From NCBI GenBank assembly GCA_963777605.1, contig CAVZRV010000008.1, forward strand, positions 320,001-384,000: 64,000 bases of DNA. Direction: 5' to 3'. Positions 18,426-29,153 of this stretch are shown in pieces (position 1 is the stretch's first letter; every line of letters begins with the position of its first letter). The notes under the pieces are model-generated. The model did not search any database. It was not told the DNA's origin and saw only the letters and a list, made by a program, of their open reading frames with translations. The stretch is from an uncultured Acidobacteriota bacterium. GTDB lineage: Bacteria; Acidobacteriota; UBA6911; RPQK01; JAPXNP01. The position numbers were made by a program, and so were the translations under genes.

Positions 18426-20282
18426 GTGAAGCATGCTCCGATCACGGTTTCAATCGTCCTCACTATCATCCTTGCTGCGGCAGCCGGTCTGGTCCAGCCT
18501 CAGGGTGAGTTCGTCTCTCCCTTCGAGATTCGAAAGGAGATGATCCCCATGCGGGACGGAATCCGCCTGAACACTCGGATCTTCATCCCCCGCGACCAGC
18601 CGGAGCCGCTCCCCATCATCCTGATTCGGAGCCCTTACGGTGTTGCGGGGGCAGAAGGGAACTTCGTTACTGCGCTGAAGACCCTGGCTGATGAAGGCTA
18701 CATCTTTGCCTTCCAGGACATTCGCGGCAAATTCGAGTCGGAAGGCGAGTTTGTGATGCAGCGCCCGGCTCGCGAGCCAGGAGATTCCACTGCTCTCGAT
18801 GAAGGAACCGACACCTACGACACGATCGAGTGGATGCTTGAGAACGTGACCCCGAACAACGGCCGGGTCGGCATGCTGGGAGTATCCTATCTCGGTTGGA
18901 CGACCATCATGGCGTCGCTGGAGCCTCACCCTGCATTGAAGGCGATTTCCCCCCAGGCTTCACCCGCCGATATGTGGATTGGGGACGACTTCCACCACAA
19001 CGGCGCATTCCGCCTCAGCTATGCGTTCGAATACGCCTACCAGGTGGATGGTGGTAAGGCGTCCCAGCACTTTCCCTTTGACCGCTACGACACCTATGAC
19101 TGGTACCTGGCTCTGGGCCCGCTCTCCAATGTCAATCCGCGTTTCTTTCACGGGGAGATCCCAACCTGGAACGACTACGTGGCCCATCCCGACTACGATG
19201 CCTTCTGGAAGCGTCAGACTCTGATTCCCCGGATCACCGGTGTGAAGGTGCCCACCCTGAACGTCGCGGGCTGGTGGGACCAGGAAGACTTCTACGGCCC
19301 CCTGCGTATTTATGAAACATTGGAAAGGTACGATTCAGCAGGTATGAACTACCTGGTGGTGGGTCCCTGGAACCATGGAGGATGGGCACGGGGAAACGGT
19401 TCCAGCCTTGGTCCCATCCCTTTCGACAGTTCCACCTCCCGCTACTTTCGTGACGAGGTGCAGGCCCCGTGGTTCGCGTATTTTCTGAAGGACAAGGGCC
19501 GGCTGCAGCTTCCGGAAGCGCTCACCTTTGAAGCTGGGTCGAACCGTTGGCGACGATGGGACTCGTGGCCGCCCCGCTCCCGGGTCGAGCGCCGTGACCT
19601 GTACTTCAGTTCCGACGGAATCCTGGCCGATATGGCACCCGAGGAGGGAACTGGAGCATTCGATAGCTACGTCTCTGACCCGGCTCACCCGGTTCCCTAC
19701 CGCCACCAGCCGATCCAGGCGACCTATTTCCCGGGTGGTTCCTCCTGGAGCACGTGGCTTGTTGAGGACCAGCGCTTCGTCGATGACCGGGCCGACGTTT
19801 TGAGCTGGGAGAGCGCTCCCCTGGAGCAGGAACTCACGATAGCCGGGGAGGTCGTGGCCCATCTCTTTGCATCTACCAGTGGAACTGACGCGGATTGGGT
19901 CGTCAAGCTGATCGACGTCTTTCCGGAGTACTACCCGGAGAATTGGGAACTGGCCGGTTACCAGTTAATGGTCTCAAACGAGGTCTTTCGTGGCCGATAC
20001 CGGGAGAGTTTCGAGAAGCCGGAACCGATCGAAGCCGGCGAGGTCCTGGAATACAACTTCAGTCTCCACACTCAGAATTACTCATTCCTCAAGGGACATC
20101 GAATCATGGTCCAGGTCCAGAGCACCTGGTTCCCTTTGATCGACCGAAACCCGCAGACCTTCGTAGAGAACATCTTCAAGGCGGGGGCCGCGGATTTTCG
20201 GGTTGCCGAAAACCGCGTTTACCGTACCGCCGAGTTCCCGTCCGGTGTTTCCATTCCCGTGGTTGCCGGCCCTCCTGAGTGA
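18426..20282 (+). CDS. CocE/NonD family hydrolase (alpha-amino acid ester hydrolase-like)
   Basis: IPMRDGIRL, QDIRGKFESEG, nucleophile motif GVSYLG, GDDFHHNGAF and GPWNHGGW; signal peptide. Confidence 0.93.
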   Translation: MKHAPITVSIVLTIILAAAAGLVQPQGEFVSPFEIRKEMIPMRDGIRLNTRIFIPRDQPEPLPIILIRSPYGVAGAEGNFVTALKTLADEGYIFAFQDIRGKFESEGEFVMQRPAREPGDSTALDEGTDTYDTIEWMLENVTPNNGRVGMLGVSYLGWTTIMASLEPHPALKAISPQASPADMWIGDDFHHNGAFRLSYAFEYAYQVDGGKASQHFPFDRYDTYDWYLALGPLSNVNPRFFHGEIPTWNDYVAHPDYDAFWKRQTLIPRITGVKVPTLNVAGWWDQEDFYGPLRIYETLERYDSAGMNYLVVGPWNHGGWARGNGSSLGPIPFDSSTSRYFRDEVQAPWFAYFLKDKGRLQLPEALTFEAGSNRWRRWDSWPPRSRVERRDLYFSSDGILADMAPEEGTGAFDSYVSDPAHPVPYRHQPIQATYFPGGSSWSTWLVEDQRFVDDRADVLSWESAPLEQELTIAGEVVAHLFASTSGTDADWVVKLIDVFPEYYPENWELAGYQLMVSNEVFRGRYRESFEKPEPIEAGEVLEYNFSLHTQNYSFLKGHRIMVQVQSTWFPLIDRNPQTFVENIFKAGAADFRVAENRVYRTAEFPSGVSIPVVAGPPE

Positions 20283-20554
20283 CCTTTCCTCGGAATTTCC
20301 CGTTCGAGGGTAAGCCGGAATTGCAGAGGTGTATCAGAAATGAAGTGGCGGGCTGCCGCTACATCGGGATTCGGGAGCCGATTACCGCCTTACGATAATT
20401 GCTTCCGCGGCGGTCACGGAGAAGGATTGAGGTTCTTGACCGCGTTTTGAAAGTTCCCGGCTGCAGCGTCCGCGGTGCCCTTCGGGACTACGATGTCCTT
20501 GAGGTTTCCGGAAGCCTCCACCATCTCAAGGGCGCCTTTGCGTGCTTGGTTGCA

Positions 20555-21025
20555 CTACCTGGGTGGCGGCGCAACCGTCATGCCGTGCCGCCGGAAGACC
20601 TCGGTCATCTTGGCAGGATCGGGCGGACCGCCGCCGGCGCCATTGATCACCTCAGCCGCTTCACGGAAGTATGCCGGCCCCATGATTGCGGGGGTGATGA
20701 CGGCGAGTTGCTTGACGTCTTCACTCCCAAAGTTGTCGAATCGGTGTACCGCGCCGCGGGGTATGCAGAGTGCCTCGCCGGGGCCCACTTCGACGGGAGT
20801 GCCATCGACGGTCCACGTCAGGGTGCCCTCGATACCGTAGAGGACTTCCTCGTAGTCGTTGTTCCTGTGGGCCGGTGCCGCCAGCTTCTCTCCGGCCGGG
20901 ACTCGGAACTCGAAAACAGAGACGCTTCCGCGGGAATCATCGGCCGTCAACAGGAACCGAATTCCCAGCGGACCAATATGGATGGACTCTTCCGAAGGAT
21001 TCACCTGGATCTTCTGGCGGTGCAT
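20555..21025 (-). CDS. Cupin domain protein
   Basis: PAHRNNDYEEVLYGIEG and GPGEALCIPRGAVHRF; RBS AAGGAGG. Confidence 0.88.
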   Translation of the reverse strand: MHRQKIQVNPSEESIHIGPLGIRFLLTADDSRGSVSVFEFRVPAGEKLAAPAHRNNDYEEVLYGIEGTLTWTVDGTPVEVGPGEALCIPRGAVHRFDNFGSEDVKQLAVITPAIMGPAYFREAAEVINGAGGGPPDPAKMTEVFRRHGMTVAPPPR

Positions 21026-21576
21026 GATATCGCCCTCCTTGTGGACACGCCGATCTGCCGATTATGACTTTCCGGGACGCGCCATCACACTCAAAATAGG
21101 ATTTCCGGCGGGTTGGGAATTCAAACCTGCCTTCGGAGCAGCTCGCCCCTTCTCGGAGTGCCTGATGAAATTCTACACCCGCAACGCAGTTGGGTCTGTA
21201 AAGGCACTCCCGGTTGGCCACGTTTCCAAAAGCAGCTGTTTTATACCGAGCATCGTTTGGCTCTTTAGCGGGTGAAAAATGGGCGGTCTGTTTGGAGCTA
21301 AATGTCGAGTCGACCCTGGAGTTTCATTTCGTTGAGGTCAATAGGGAACAGCGATATCCGGGCCCCCGACAGTAAGGTGAAGTGCGACCTTCTCGTTATC
21401 GGGCTTGATCGGATCCGAACCGTCGGGAGCATGCCGAGGGAACGCCAGTAAGAACGTGTGCCCTTGTGCGCCAAAGACAAATCGGTACCATGCAGCTGCC
21501 ACCGATTGACTCGCGTTGAGCAGGCATATATTGTCGGACTCATACGAGCAACCTTGCTTCGTTGAGGAGGATGGTC

Positions 21577-22575
21577 ATGTCACACCGCGAGTCGCCCGCC
21601 CAGAAACAACGCGAGAATCCTTCGGAGCCGGCAAGCAGCCGGAGAGATTTTCTGAAAGGTGCTTCAACCGTAGCTGCCGGTTTGATGGTGCCGGGAACAG
21701 TGAATGCTCAGACCGTCGAGTCGCTTCCCAACATAGAATTGGGGCCGCATCGCGTTTCGCGGCTGATTGTTGGCAGCAACCCCATCTACGGGTACTCTCA
21801 CTTCAACTACATACTCGACCGGTTGATGCGTGAATATTTCACAGACGAGCGCATTGTCCAACTCATGCTGGATTGTGAGAAACACGGAATCAACACCTGG
21901 CAGGCAAGCTTTAACTACAACCTGAAGCGGCAAATCTCGAAAATTCGCGGGGCCGGCTGCAATATCCAGTTCTTATGCCTTGCCGCATCGTGGCACTACG
22001 ACGCGAAGATGGGGCGCACACCAGAAGACGTTCTTGAAGGGACTATCAAGTGTGCTCAAGCCGCGATGGAACTCAAACCGATTGGAATTGCATTCCACGG
22101 CGGCGCAACAGACATCCTCTTTCGTGCCGGAAAAATCGATCTGATCAGGACCTACATCGACAGAGTTCACGATATGGGAACCCTGGCCGGCATCTCCACA
22201 CATAATCCGAAGATTCTGGAAACCTTGCATGAGAAGGGCTTTGCCAGCGACTTCTACATGGCGGGCCTGCAATACCTGACTCGCCGTCCGGAGGAGTGGG
22301 TAAAGGAAATCGGCGCACGCCCTCTCGATGAGGGCTGGATCGACTCCGACCCTCCGCGGATGGCGGCAGCCGTGAGAAAGGTTGACAAGCCGACGCTGGT
22401 TTACAAGGTCCTGGCGGCGGGCCGCAAATGCCGGTCCGAAGCAGAGAAGCGCCGTGCCATCGGTTGGGCATACGAAAACATCAAGCCCATCGATGCCACA
22501 ATCATCGGCTTGTTCCCGAGATTCTCGGACCAGGTTACAGAAACCGCCCAGATGGTGCGCGAGGCGCTGACGTAG
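21577..22575 (+). CDS. Tat-signal protein with aldo/keto-reductase-like TIM barrel
   Basis: SRRDFLK; VSRLIVGSNP, GISTHNP and YKVLAAGR. Confidence 0.75.
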   Translation: MSHRESPAQKQRENPSEPASSRRDFLKGASTVAAGLMVPGTVNAQTVESLPNIELGPHRVSRLIVGSNPIYGYSHFNYILDRLMREYFTDERIVQLMLDCEKHGINTWQASFNYNLKRQISKIRGAGCNIQFLCLAASWHYDAKMGRTPEDVLEGTIKCAQAAMELKPIGIAFHGGATDILFRAGKIDLIRTYIDRVHDMGTLAGISTHNPKILETLHEKGFASDFYMAGLQYLTRRPEEWVKEIGARPLDEGWIDSDPPRMAAAVRKVDKPTLVYKVLAAGRKCRSEAEKRRAIGWAYENIKPIDATIIGLFPRFSDQVTETAQMVREALT

Positions 22576-22971
22576 TTGCACGTTACCTGCCTGCCGGAGC
22601 TTTGTGACTGAACCGACGTGCCCTCACTCGCTTGTTTTCTTCTCGGCGGCCCAGCGTTGCCTGACGTCTCGATAGAACGGGTCCTTATTTAGCACCCGGA
22701 GCAGATTTTCCTTCTCCCGGTTTGGGACTTCGGCAACTCCCATTTCGCGCGCGAGAAAGGCCCAGGCCTTGCCATCGTGACTGGCGTACAGCCAATGAAG
22801 ACAACCTGGAGGCGGGCCCCGCGAATCCATCCGCTAGCGTCATTGCCAAACGATTCCTGTTCTTCTTTACTCCACTGAAGCATGAGCAAGTCTTGCTGGA
22901 CCGTCTGCTGCACATGCATCGGGTCGGGGTCCGCGGGCGCATCCTTCGTGGATCTCAGATCCCCGTAACCC

Positions 22972-23003
22972 AAAGAAAAAGGGCCACTTATTCAGTGGCC
23001 CTT
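22972..23003 (-). terminator. Rho-independent terminator of tRNA-fMet
   Basis: AAGGGCCAC-N7-GTGGCCCTT hairpin followed on the minus strand by a T-rich tract. Confidence 0.8.
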
Positions 23004-23015
23004 GCTTTGATCAAT

Positions 23016-23092
<77 letters not shown>

Positions 23093-23190
23093 CCAAACAA
23101 ACCCCATTCTAGGGGCTTTTTCTGCCCAGTGCAACTTGTCCCTTTCGGCGGGAATTTGTTGATTTTCCCCCGAAAGCAGTTCGGCTGCTC

Positions 23191-24006
23191 CTACTGGGTG
23201 GGTTGAGCCCCGCCCTTCACGCAGCGGAACCCGTATCCGTACTGGGCCTTGGCCGGTGAGCCCGTACGCGAGAACAGGTACATACTGTCTCCTTTCATCG
23301 CGTAGGATCCCCCACGAACAGCGACCAGGTCACGCTTGAAGACGGACGGATCGACGGGTGTTGCTCCCGGGTACGGCTTCAGCAATTCTGAAGTCCACTC
23401 CTGGACGTTACCCATCATGTCGTAGACCCCGTAAGGGCTCTTGTCATCCGGCAGACTCCCGACTTCGATCGTGTCCCGGACCCCGTGTTCGTTGGTGTTG
23501 GCCTTGGTCCAATCGAACTGATCACCCCAGGGATACTTCAACTGCTTGTTGTCGCGAGCAGCCTTCTCCCATTCGGCTTCAGTCGGTAACCGGCCGCCGG
23601 CCCATTCGCAGTACGCTTTGGCGTCATCCCAGGTGACATTGGCTACCGGGAAGTCCTCGCGACCTATCTTGTAATAGGATCGCCAGTCACCCTCGGCCGA
23701 GTAGTCACTTTCGAGCTGAAAGCGAGTGAATTCGCCGTTGGTTACCTCGTATACGCCGATTTCGTAGGCGGGGAGGTCAACCGTTTGGGCGGGTTCCGCC
23801 AGCTTCAAATGATGGGGGTCGTTATCGGTCCCCATCACGAATTCGCCGGCCGGAATCGTAACCATCGTCCCTACTTCCGGTTTCCCTTCCATTGCTTCGA
23901 TTGGGGCCACTTCTTCCGCTGTCGTCTCTTCAGACTGCTGTGTGCAGCCCACAATCCAGATGCACATTCCCATCAAAGCAACCCAAAACAGAGCGCGTCC
24001 TTTCAT
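23191..24006 (-). CDS. Formylglycine-generating-enzyme (FGE-sulfatase) domain lipoprotein
   Basis: IPAGEFVMG, EVTN, RLPTEAEWEKAAR, YDMMGNVQEW, RGGS and GFRC; lipobox IVGC. Confidence 0.92.
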   Translation of the reverse strand: MKGRALFWVALMGMCIWIVGCTQQSEETTAEEVAPIEAMEGKPEVGTMVTIPAGEFVMGTDNDPHHLKLAEPAQTVDLPAYEIGVYEVTNGEFTRFQLESDYSAEGDWRSYYKIGREDFPVANVTWDDAKAYCEWAGGRLPTEAEWEKAARDNKQLKYPWGDQFDWTKANTNEHGVRDTIEVGSLPDDKSPYGVYDMMGNVQEWTSELLKPYPGATPVDPSVFKRDLVAVRGGSYAMKGDSMYLFSRTGSPAKAQYGYGFRCVKGGAQPTQ

Positions 24007-24174
24007 GTTGTCAACTTATATCACTCTCACCCCAAAGGGGCTAGAGGAATTTCAGCAGATAATTGATGGGAAATGGACACAAGCGGGCCTGAATTGATCT
24101 CGATTTTGTATCTGTTCGGACGGGAATCTCGGCGCCCCAATCACAAATCAAAGATCTGAGTTCACGAAAGCCGT

Positions 24175-24287
24175 TCGGCCATGCCGTTCCGCCGGGGCGG
24201 GACTCGGGAGTGGTGGTGTGCGGGAGGACGCAGGACTCCGCTGAGCTGCGTCCTGGGCCACTCCATTTCGCCCCGCAAGCGGGGCTG
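24175..24287. repeat. Dispersed REP-like palindromic element, copy 1
   Basis: Homologous to 41284-41397 (TCGGCCATGYCGTYCCGCCGGRGCGGGACTC...CAGGAYTCCGC...TCCTGGGCYACTCCAT...AGCGGGGCTG). Confidence 0.7.
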
Positions 24288-24296
24288 GCGCGGGGC

Positions 24297-24368
24297 TCGG
24301 AACCCGGAGCCCGAAACGTGGAACGTTGAACCTGGAACTTCGACCTTGGAACGTGGAACTCGAAACCA
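24297..24368. repeat. Degenerate heptamer tandem repeat (GGAACNY-type)
   Basis: GGAACCC GGAGCCC GAAACGT GGAACGT TGAACCT GGAACTT CGACCTT GGAACGT GGAACTC GAAACC. Confidence 0.75.
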
Positions 24369-24449
24369 GAAAGGACTTACCGAACCAACCGGTGGTTTTG
24401 GCCACAAGATAAGCGGGGATATCCTGCCCCGAGAAACCCGACACTCGAT

Positions 24450-25793
24450 TCAGTTGGACGCCGCGTGTTTCGGGTGCTTTCTCAGCCAGGCGAAGGCCTC
24501 TTCTCTCGTCTGAATTGATCCCTCCAGTTGCTGGTCCTCCAGATCGGTCAGGATCTCAGAGAAAAGCGGACCGGGTTTGAAGCCCTCGGAGATCAGGTCG
24601 TGACCGTTCAGGAGAGGCTTTGGACGTACTACCTCTTTGCCGAATTCTTCCAGCTTTGCTTTGCAGAAGTCGTAGTTGGAGAGATTCCGGTGACTCGAAA
24701 GGCAGTCGAGGCGGTGCAGTTCGAGGTGATCGACAAAGTCCTCTCGCCGAAGGAATCGTTTCAATGTGCTCTCCCGCATGTCCTGAACGTGGATGAACTT
24801 GAGGTGGTCGCGGACGAGGTCGACCACACGGTGCGTTAGTTCGTTCGAAAGACGCAGTTGATGACAGATCCGGTGCGCCATCTCCGCCCCCACCTCGGCG
24901 TGTCCGTCAAAGCGAATTCGCTCTTCGACCCGGAAGGTCGGAGGCTTGCCCACGTCGTGGAGAAGAATCCCCAGCGCCAGTGCGGGATTGATTTTGCCGG
25001 CGTACTCGAACATGAGGCAGGTGTGGATGAACACATCCCCTTCCGGGTGAAATTCGGGGGGCTGTTCAACGCCGGACATTGCCGCGACCTCAGGGAGAAT
25101 CACCTCGAGGATCCCAGTCTGGAGGAGCAGAGGCAGACCGCGCGCCGCGCCACTTTCGGTCAGGAGCCGCAGAAGTTCGTCACGGATCCGCTCCATGCTG
25201 ACCTGCCGGATCGTGCTCGAGAACGCGGGGATCGCCGCGAGCGTATCCGAATCGATCTCGAAATCGAGAGCGCACGCGAACCGGATCGCCCTCAGGATGC
25301 GAAGCTTGTCTTCTTCGAAGCGTTCCCGGGCCTGGCCCACCGTCCGGATGAGACGTTTCTCGAGGTCGGTCTGTCCCCCAACGAAATCCAGGATGCGCTC
25401 ACCCTCGGGATCGAGAAACAGAGCGTTGACGGTGAAGTCACGGCGCAGCGCGTCTTCGCGGGCGTCGGTAGATTCGACCTGGCCGGGATGGCGGCCGTCC
25501 TGATAGCCCGTCTCCTTGCGGAAGGTGGCCACCTCGTACTGGTTCGGGGGGACCACTACGACGATGACGCCGAACTGGGCCCCGACGGCAAGAGTTTGCC
25601 CGAATAGGCCCTGGATCACGTCCGGGGGGGCTGCCGTCGCGATGTCAATGTCGGAAAGCTCGCGGCCCAACAGCAGATCCCGTACGGCGCCTCCGGCAAA
25701 GTAGGCCTGGTACCCGGCTGCGTGCAGTCTCCGTGTGATCGCGAGAGCACCATCAAGAAGTGTCGGGTCGATCCGGCTCAGAAGAGACATCAA
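24450..25793 (-). CDS. CCA tRNA nucleotidyltransferase / poly(A) polymerase family with HD domain
   Basis: [47 protein letters not shown] and LLHDVGKP. Confidence 0.95.
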   Translation of the reverse strand: MMSLLSRIDPTLLDGALAITRRLHAAGYQAYFAGGAVRDLLLGRELSDIDIATAAPPDVIQGLFGQTLAVGAQFGVIVVVVPPNQYEVATFRKETGYQDGRHPGQVESTDAREDALRRDFTVNALFLDPEGERILDFVGGQTDLEKRLIRTVGQARERFEEDKLRILRAIRFACALDFEIDSDTLAAIPAFSSTIRQVSMERIRDELLRLLTESGAARGLPLLLQTGILEVILPEVAAMSGVEQPPEFHPEGDVFIHTCLMFEYAGKINPALALGILLHDVGKPPTFRVEERIRFDGHAEVGAEMAHRICHQLRLSNELTHRVVDLVRDHLKFIHVQDMRESTLKRFLRREDFVDHLELHRLDCLSSHRNLSNYDFCKAKLEEFGKEVVRPKPLLNGHDLISEGFKPGPLFSEILTDLEDQQLEGSIQTREEAFAWLRKHPKHAASN

Positions 25794-27344
25794 AGAAACA
25801 ATGACATGCCGAACCAGATCGGAACCAGGATCAGCAAGCTGTACGCCATGTACCCGAAGAACGAGGGCATCTTGATCCCGGATTGTTCGGCAATACTCTT
25901 CACCATGAAGTTCGGGCCGTTGCCAATATAGGTGTTCGCGCCCATGAAGACAGCGCCCAGGCTGATCGCGACAAGGAACGCTTCGAGGATGTCCTGGTGG
26001 CCCACCAGGGCCAGAACCGGACCTCCGGAAATCGGCAGTCCCACGGCCGTCTCGAAAAAGACGACGTAGGTGGGAGCGTTATCGAGAAAGCTCGAGAGGA
26101 CTCCGGTTGCCCAGAAGAAAGCCCTCGGAGACTCGAGCCCCAGGCTTGCCCCTTTGACGTGGAGGATTTCGATCGGCACCTGCATGCAGATGAAGATCCC
26201 GAAAAAGAGAGCCGCAACCTCGAGAATTGCGTGGTAATCGAACCGGTTCCAGAAGCGGGCACCCGGGCACGGTGGCCCGGAGCGAAAGCGCGACCACCAC
26301 CAGCATGACCATTTCCCGGAAGAAGAGAGGCACCTCGATCGAGGTCCCCGGGAACGGTTTCCCCGGCACCAGCAAGGCAACCGCAAGAACCACTCCGAGG
26401 AGCAAGATGAAATTGACTCTACCGGTCAGCTGCAGGGGACGAACCTGCGACTCGTCGCGAACAATGCTCGCAATCGCCTCACGGCTGTAAACGATCCGAT
26501 CCCAGATGTAGTAGACGACCAGCAGCGTGGCGTTCACTCCCAGGAAGTAAGGCCAGAGCTTGAGCGTCCAGGTAAAGGGGACTCCGCGAAGGTATCCGAG
26601 GAACAACGGAGGATCGCCGATCGGCAGGAGCAGTCCTCCCGTGTTGCAGACCATGAATATGAAGAAGATGACCGTGTGGACCTTGAACTTGCGTTCCGCG
26701 TTGGTGGCAAGCAGCGGACGAATAAAAACCATCGCCGAACCCGTCGTTCCAATGAAGCTGGCCAGAAGGGTTCCGCCGGCCAGAAATACGCAGTTCACCA
26801 CTGGATGTGCGGGCAGATCGCCCCGCAGACTGATACCCCCACTGATCACATAGAGGCTGAAGAGCAGGATGATAAAAGGAACGTACTCTCCGAAAATTGC
26901 ATTCCCGAAGACGGTGGTCACAGTGTTCCACCCGGGATGGCTGCTCGGTCCCTCCAGAAAGTGATCCGGGACTCCCCCCGGGTGCAGGAGGAAGTAATAG
27001 AGGATCGTTACCAAGGCCAGACTCGCCGACACGATAAAACGGTTCCGGTTCGATTCCCACCAGTGCTCGGTTCGCTTGATCAGCGGCAGGAGGGCGATGC
27101 AGAGAAGCAGGCCGACAAAAGGTGATACCGCCCAAACCGGAGGCACGTAGGCCGGAGCGTGGACGGTCTCAACGGCAGCGGCCGCCTCGGCCGCAGGCGC
27201 CTCGTGAGGAGGAGGCGGGATGATCCCGGTGAAGAGCAGGAGGAGGTAAAGCGCTACACAGGCCAGCACTGCCCAGGAAACCTGAATGGAGTTTTGCTTG
27301 ATCCTGGCGGTGGCCGCCACCTCAGAACCGTTCGACACGCTCAT
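25790..27344 (-). CDS. Putative sodium:proton antiporter (ion transporter superfamily); frameshift near 26260
   Basis: [36 protein letters not shown] and [15 protein letters not shown] distributed across two frames. Confidence 0.88.
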
Positions 27345-27419
27345 TTTTGGTGCTCACCTCTGCGTTCGCGAACTGTGACCGGAAGTCGATTATGGGAACC
27401 GGAATCCCTGCGTGACGGC

Positions 27420-27758
27420 TCAGTCGTTGACCTTCTCGACGACCATAGTGACTTCCTGCTCTCCGTCCTTGTCGTGGTAATAGACGTGGACAAGTGCCCC
27501 CGGGCCGAAGTCGCTACCCTTGATCGAACTGTCAACCATCGCGAATGACATCTTCTGGTTCTTCGCCTGGATGACAAGCGAGCTCTTGTCGATTGACTCG
27601 ACCGTACCGTACACGTCGAGAGTCTTGGTCTCTCCCGGCTTATCCTTTTTCCAAAGCTTCCAGATGCAGCCGGACTGAAGCAAGGCCAGGACCACCAGCA
27701 ACATGATGGAGCGGATCAGGTTCCGGGAATTCAGGGGAAATCTTTGGCTCAGGCTCAT
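27420..27758 (-). CDS. Hypothetical lipoprotein (OB-fold-like)
   Basis: Hydrophobic signal with QSGC lipobox; operonic position. Confidence 0.65.
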   Translation of the reverse strand: MSLSQRFPLNSRNLIRSIMLLVVLALLQSGCIWKLWKKDKPGETKTLDVYGTVESIDKSSLVIQAKNQKMSFAMVDSSIKGSDFGPGALVHVYYHDKDGEQEVTMVVEKVND

Positions 27759-27780
27759 TCGATTTGAATCCGGATCGAGT

Positions 27781-28218
27781 CTAACTGGGTTTCCGTCCCA
27801 GTGCGTTGGTTAGGAGTGTCTTGACGTGCCGCTCCACCTCGTTCCGGATCGCCCGGTAGGCCCGAATCAGTTCCAGAGGTTGGGCCCGGACGCGAGTGGG
27901 ATCGGGGATCTTCCACTCTTCGAGTTGAACTCCGGACGGGACGTTCGACAACTCCGGGAAGGAACCGTCGCCTATGGCCACGACGTGGCTGAACCCGGAC
28001 AAATTCTTTCTGCTCAGGGGTTCGGCGGTGAGATAGGAGGTGTCAATTCCCGCTTCGTTCATGGCCCAACGACAGTACGTGTCAACTGTTTCCGGATTCT
28101 GTGAGGCAGTCTCGGCCTCGACCAGCGTGCCTGCAAGGTAACGGGCGAATCCTTCAGCCATGAAGCCCCGGCATGGAGCACCTGCGGAGACAAAGAGAAT
28201 TCGAGGTTTTGTCGCCAT
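27781..28218 (-). CDS. ArsC/low-molecular-weight phosphatase-fold protein with non-canonical P-loop
   Basis: RILFVSAGAPCRGFMAEGFAR and WKIPDP...YRAIRNEV. Confidence 0.8.
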   Translation of the reverse strand: MATKPRILFVSAGAPCRGFMAEGFARYLAGTLVEAETASQNPETVDTYCRWAMNEAGIDTSYLTAEPLSRKNLSGFSHVVAIGDGSFPELSNVPSGVQLEEWKIPDPTRVRAQPLELIRAYRAIRNEVERHVKTLLTNALGRKPS

Positions 28219-28374
28219 TTTCCGTCCCGATGAGGTCAGATCGGTTAAGCTATCTTTCTGTTTTGTAAAGCAAATATCTTAACATCATGGGCGGACCGGA
28301 TAGCAACCGCCAATCCAGGTCGGAACTGAATTGAAGTTGCAGACCCGGGAGCCCAGTCAATATGATGGTGCCCC

Positions 28375-29076
28375 ATGCGCTATTTCCTGAGCCTCTGCGT
28401 CATCTTTCTAATGGGCGCCCCGGTGGCGGCCCAGTCCTCCTGGGATGTCCCCAGCCGGAACCGAGAGATTCTGATTGACGGATACCTCAAGGAGTGGGAC
28501 GGTGTCCCGGCAATGGTGATTGCTCCCGGTGTGTCCGGTCTCCGCAAAGGCGGTGAAATCAGGGGCGATAGCGACGTCAAACTCGAGGTCCAGGCCCTCT
28601 GGGATCCCAAGGTTCTCTACCTTGCCATCACTTGGCAGGATGACGTCTGGGACGTGGAGGAGGTCTCGCGGGAAAATGCTGTCTGGATCGATTCGAAGAA
28701 GAAGCGGCGAGACCGGATGTACTTCTTCGATTACCTCAAGTTCCACATTCGGGATGCCGACTACGACTACACCTTCTGGCTCTCTCCCAGAGTCGACGAA
28801 AAGGGGCCCTTTTTCTGGTGCCGGTTGCTGGAGGGCTACAAAGGGATGGAGCGGGCGACCGCTTCCCCCATGGTCACGGCCCGCCAGGAAGATGGAACCG
28901 TCACTATGGAGGTGATGCTCTTGTGGAAAGAGTTGAAGATCGATCCCAAGCCGGATCGGCCAATCCCTCTCACCCTGATCCTGTCGGACAGCGATTTGCC
29001 CGGCCGAATGCTCGAGTCCAAGCTCAATACCTTGAAGTGGATCGCCTGGCGGGGTGAGGTCCACCTGATGCCGTGA
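28375..29076 (+). CDS. Secreted protein with CBM9/DOMON-like sugar-binding domain
   Basis: Signal peptide; ILIDGYLKEW...ALWDPKVLYLAITWQDD. Confidence 0.65.
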   Translation: MRYFLSLCVIFLMGAPVAAQSSWDVPSRNREILIDGYLKEWDGVPAMVIAPGVSGLRKGGEIRGDSDVKLEVQALWDPKVLYLAITWQDDVWDVEEVSRENAVWIDSKKKRRDRMYFFDYLKFHIRDADYDYTFWLSPRVDEKGPFFWCRLLEGYKGMERATASPMVTARQEDGTVTMEVMLLWKELKIDPKPDRPIPLTLILSDSDLPGRMLESKLNTLKWIAWRGEVHLMP

Positions 29077-29153
29077 GGACTGCGGAGTGAGGATTTCAGG
29101 CCGGCCTGAAGCGCGTTGTCAGACCGGCCCGATTCTAATGCAGGGAGCGTGCC

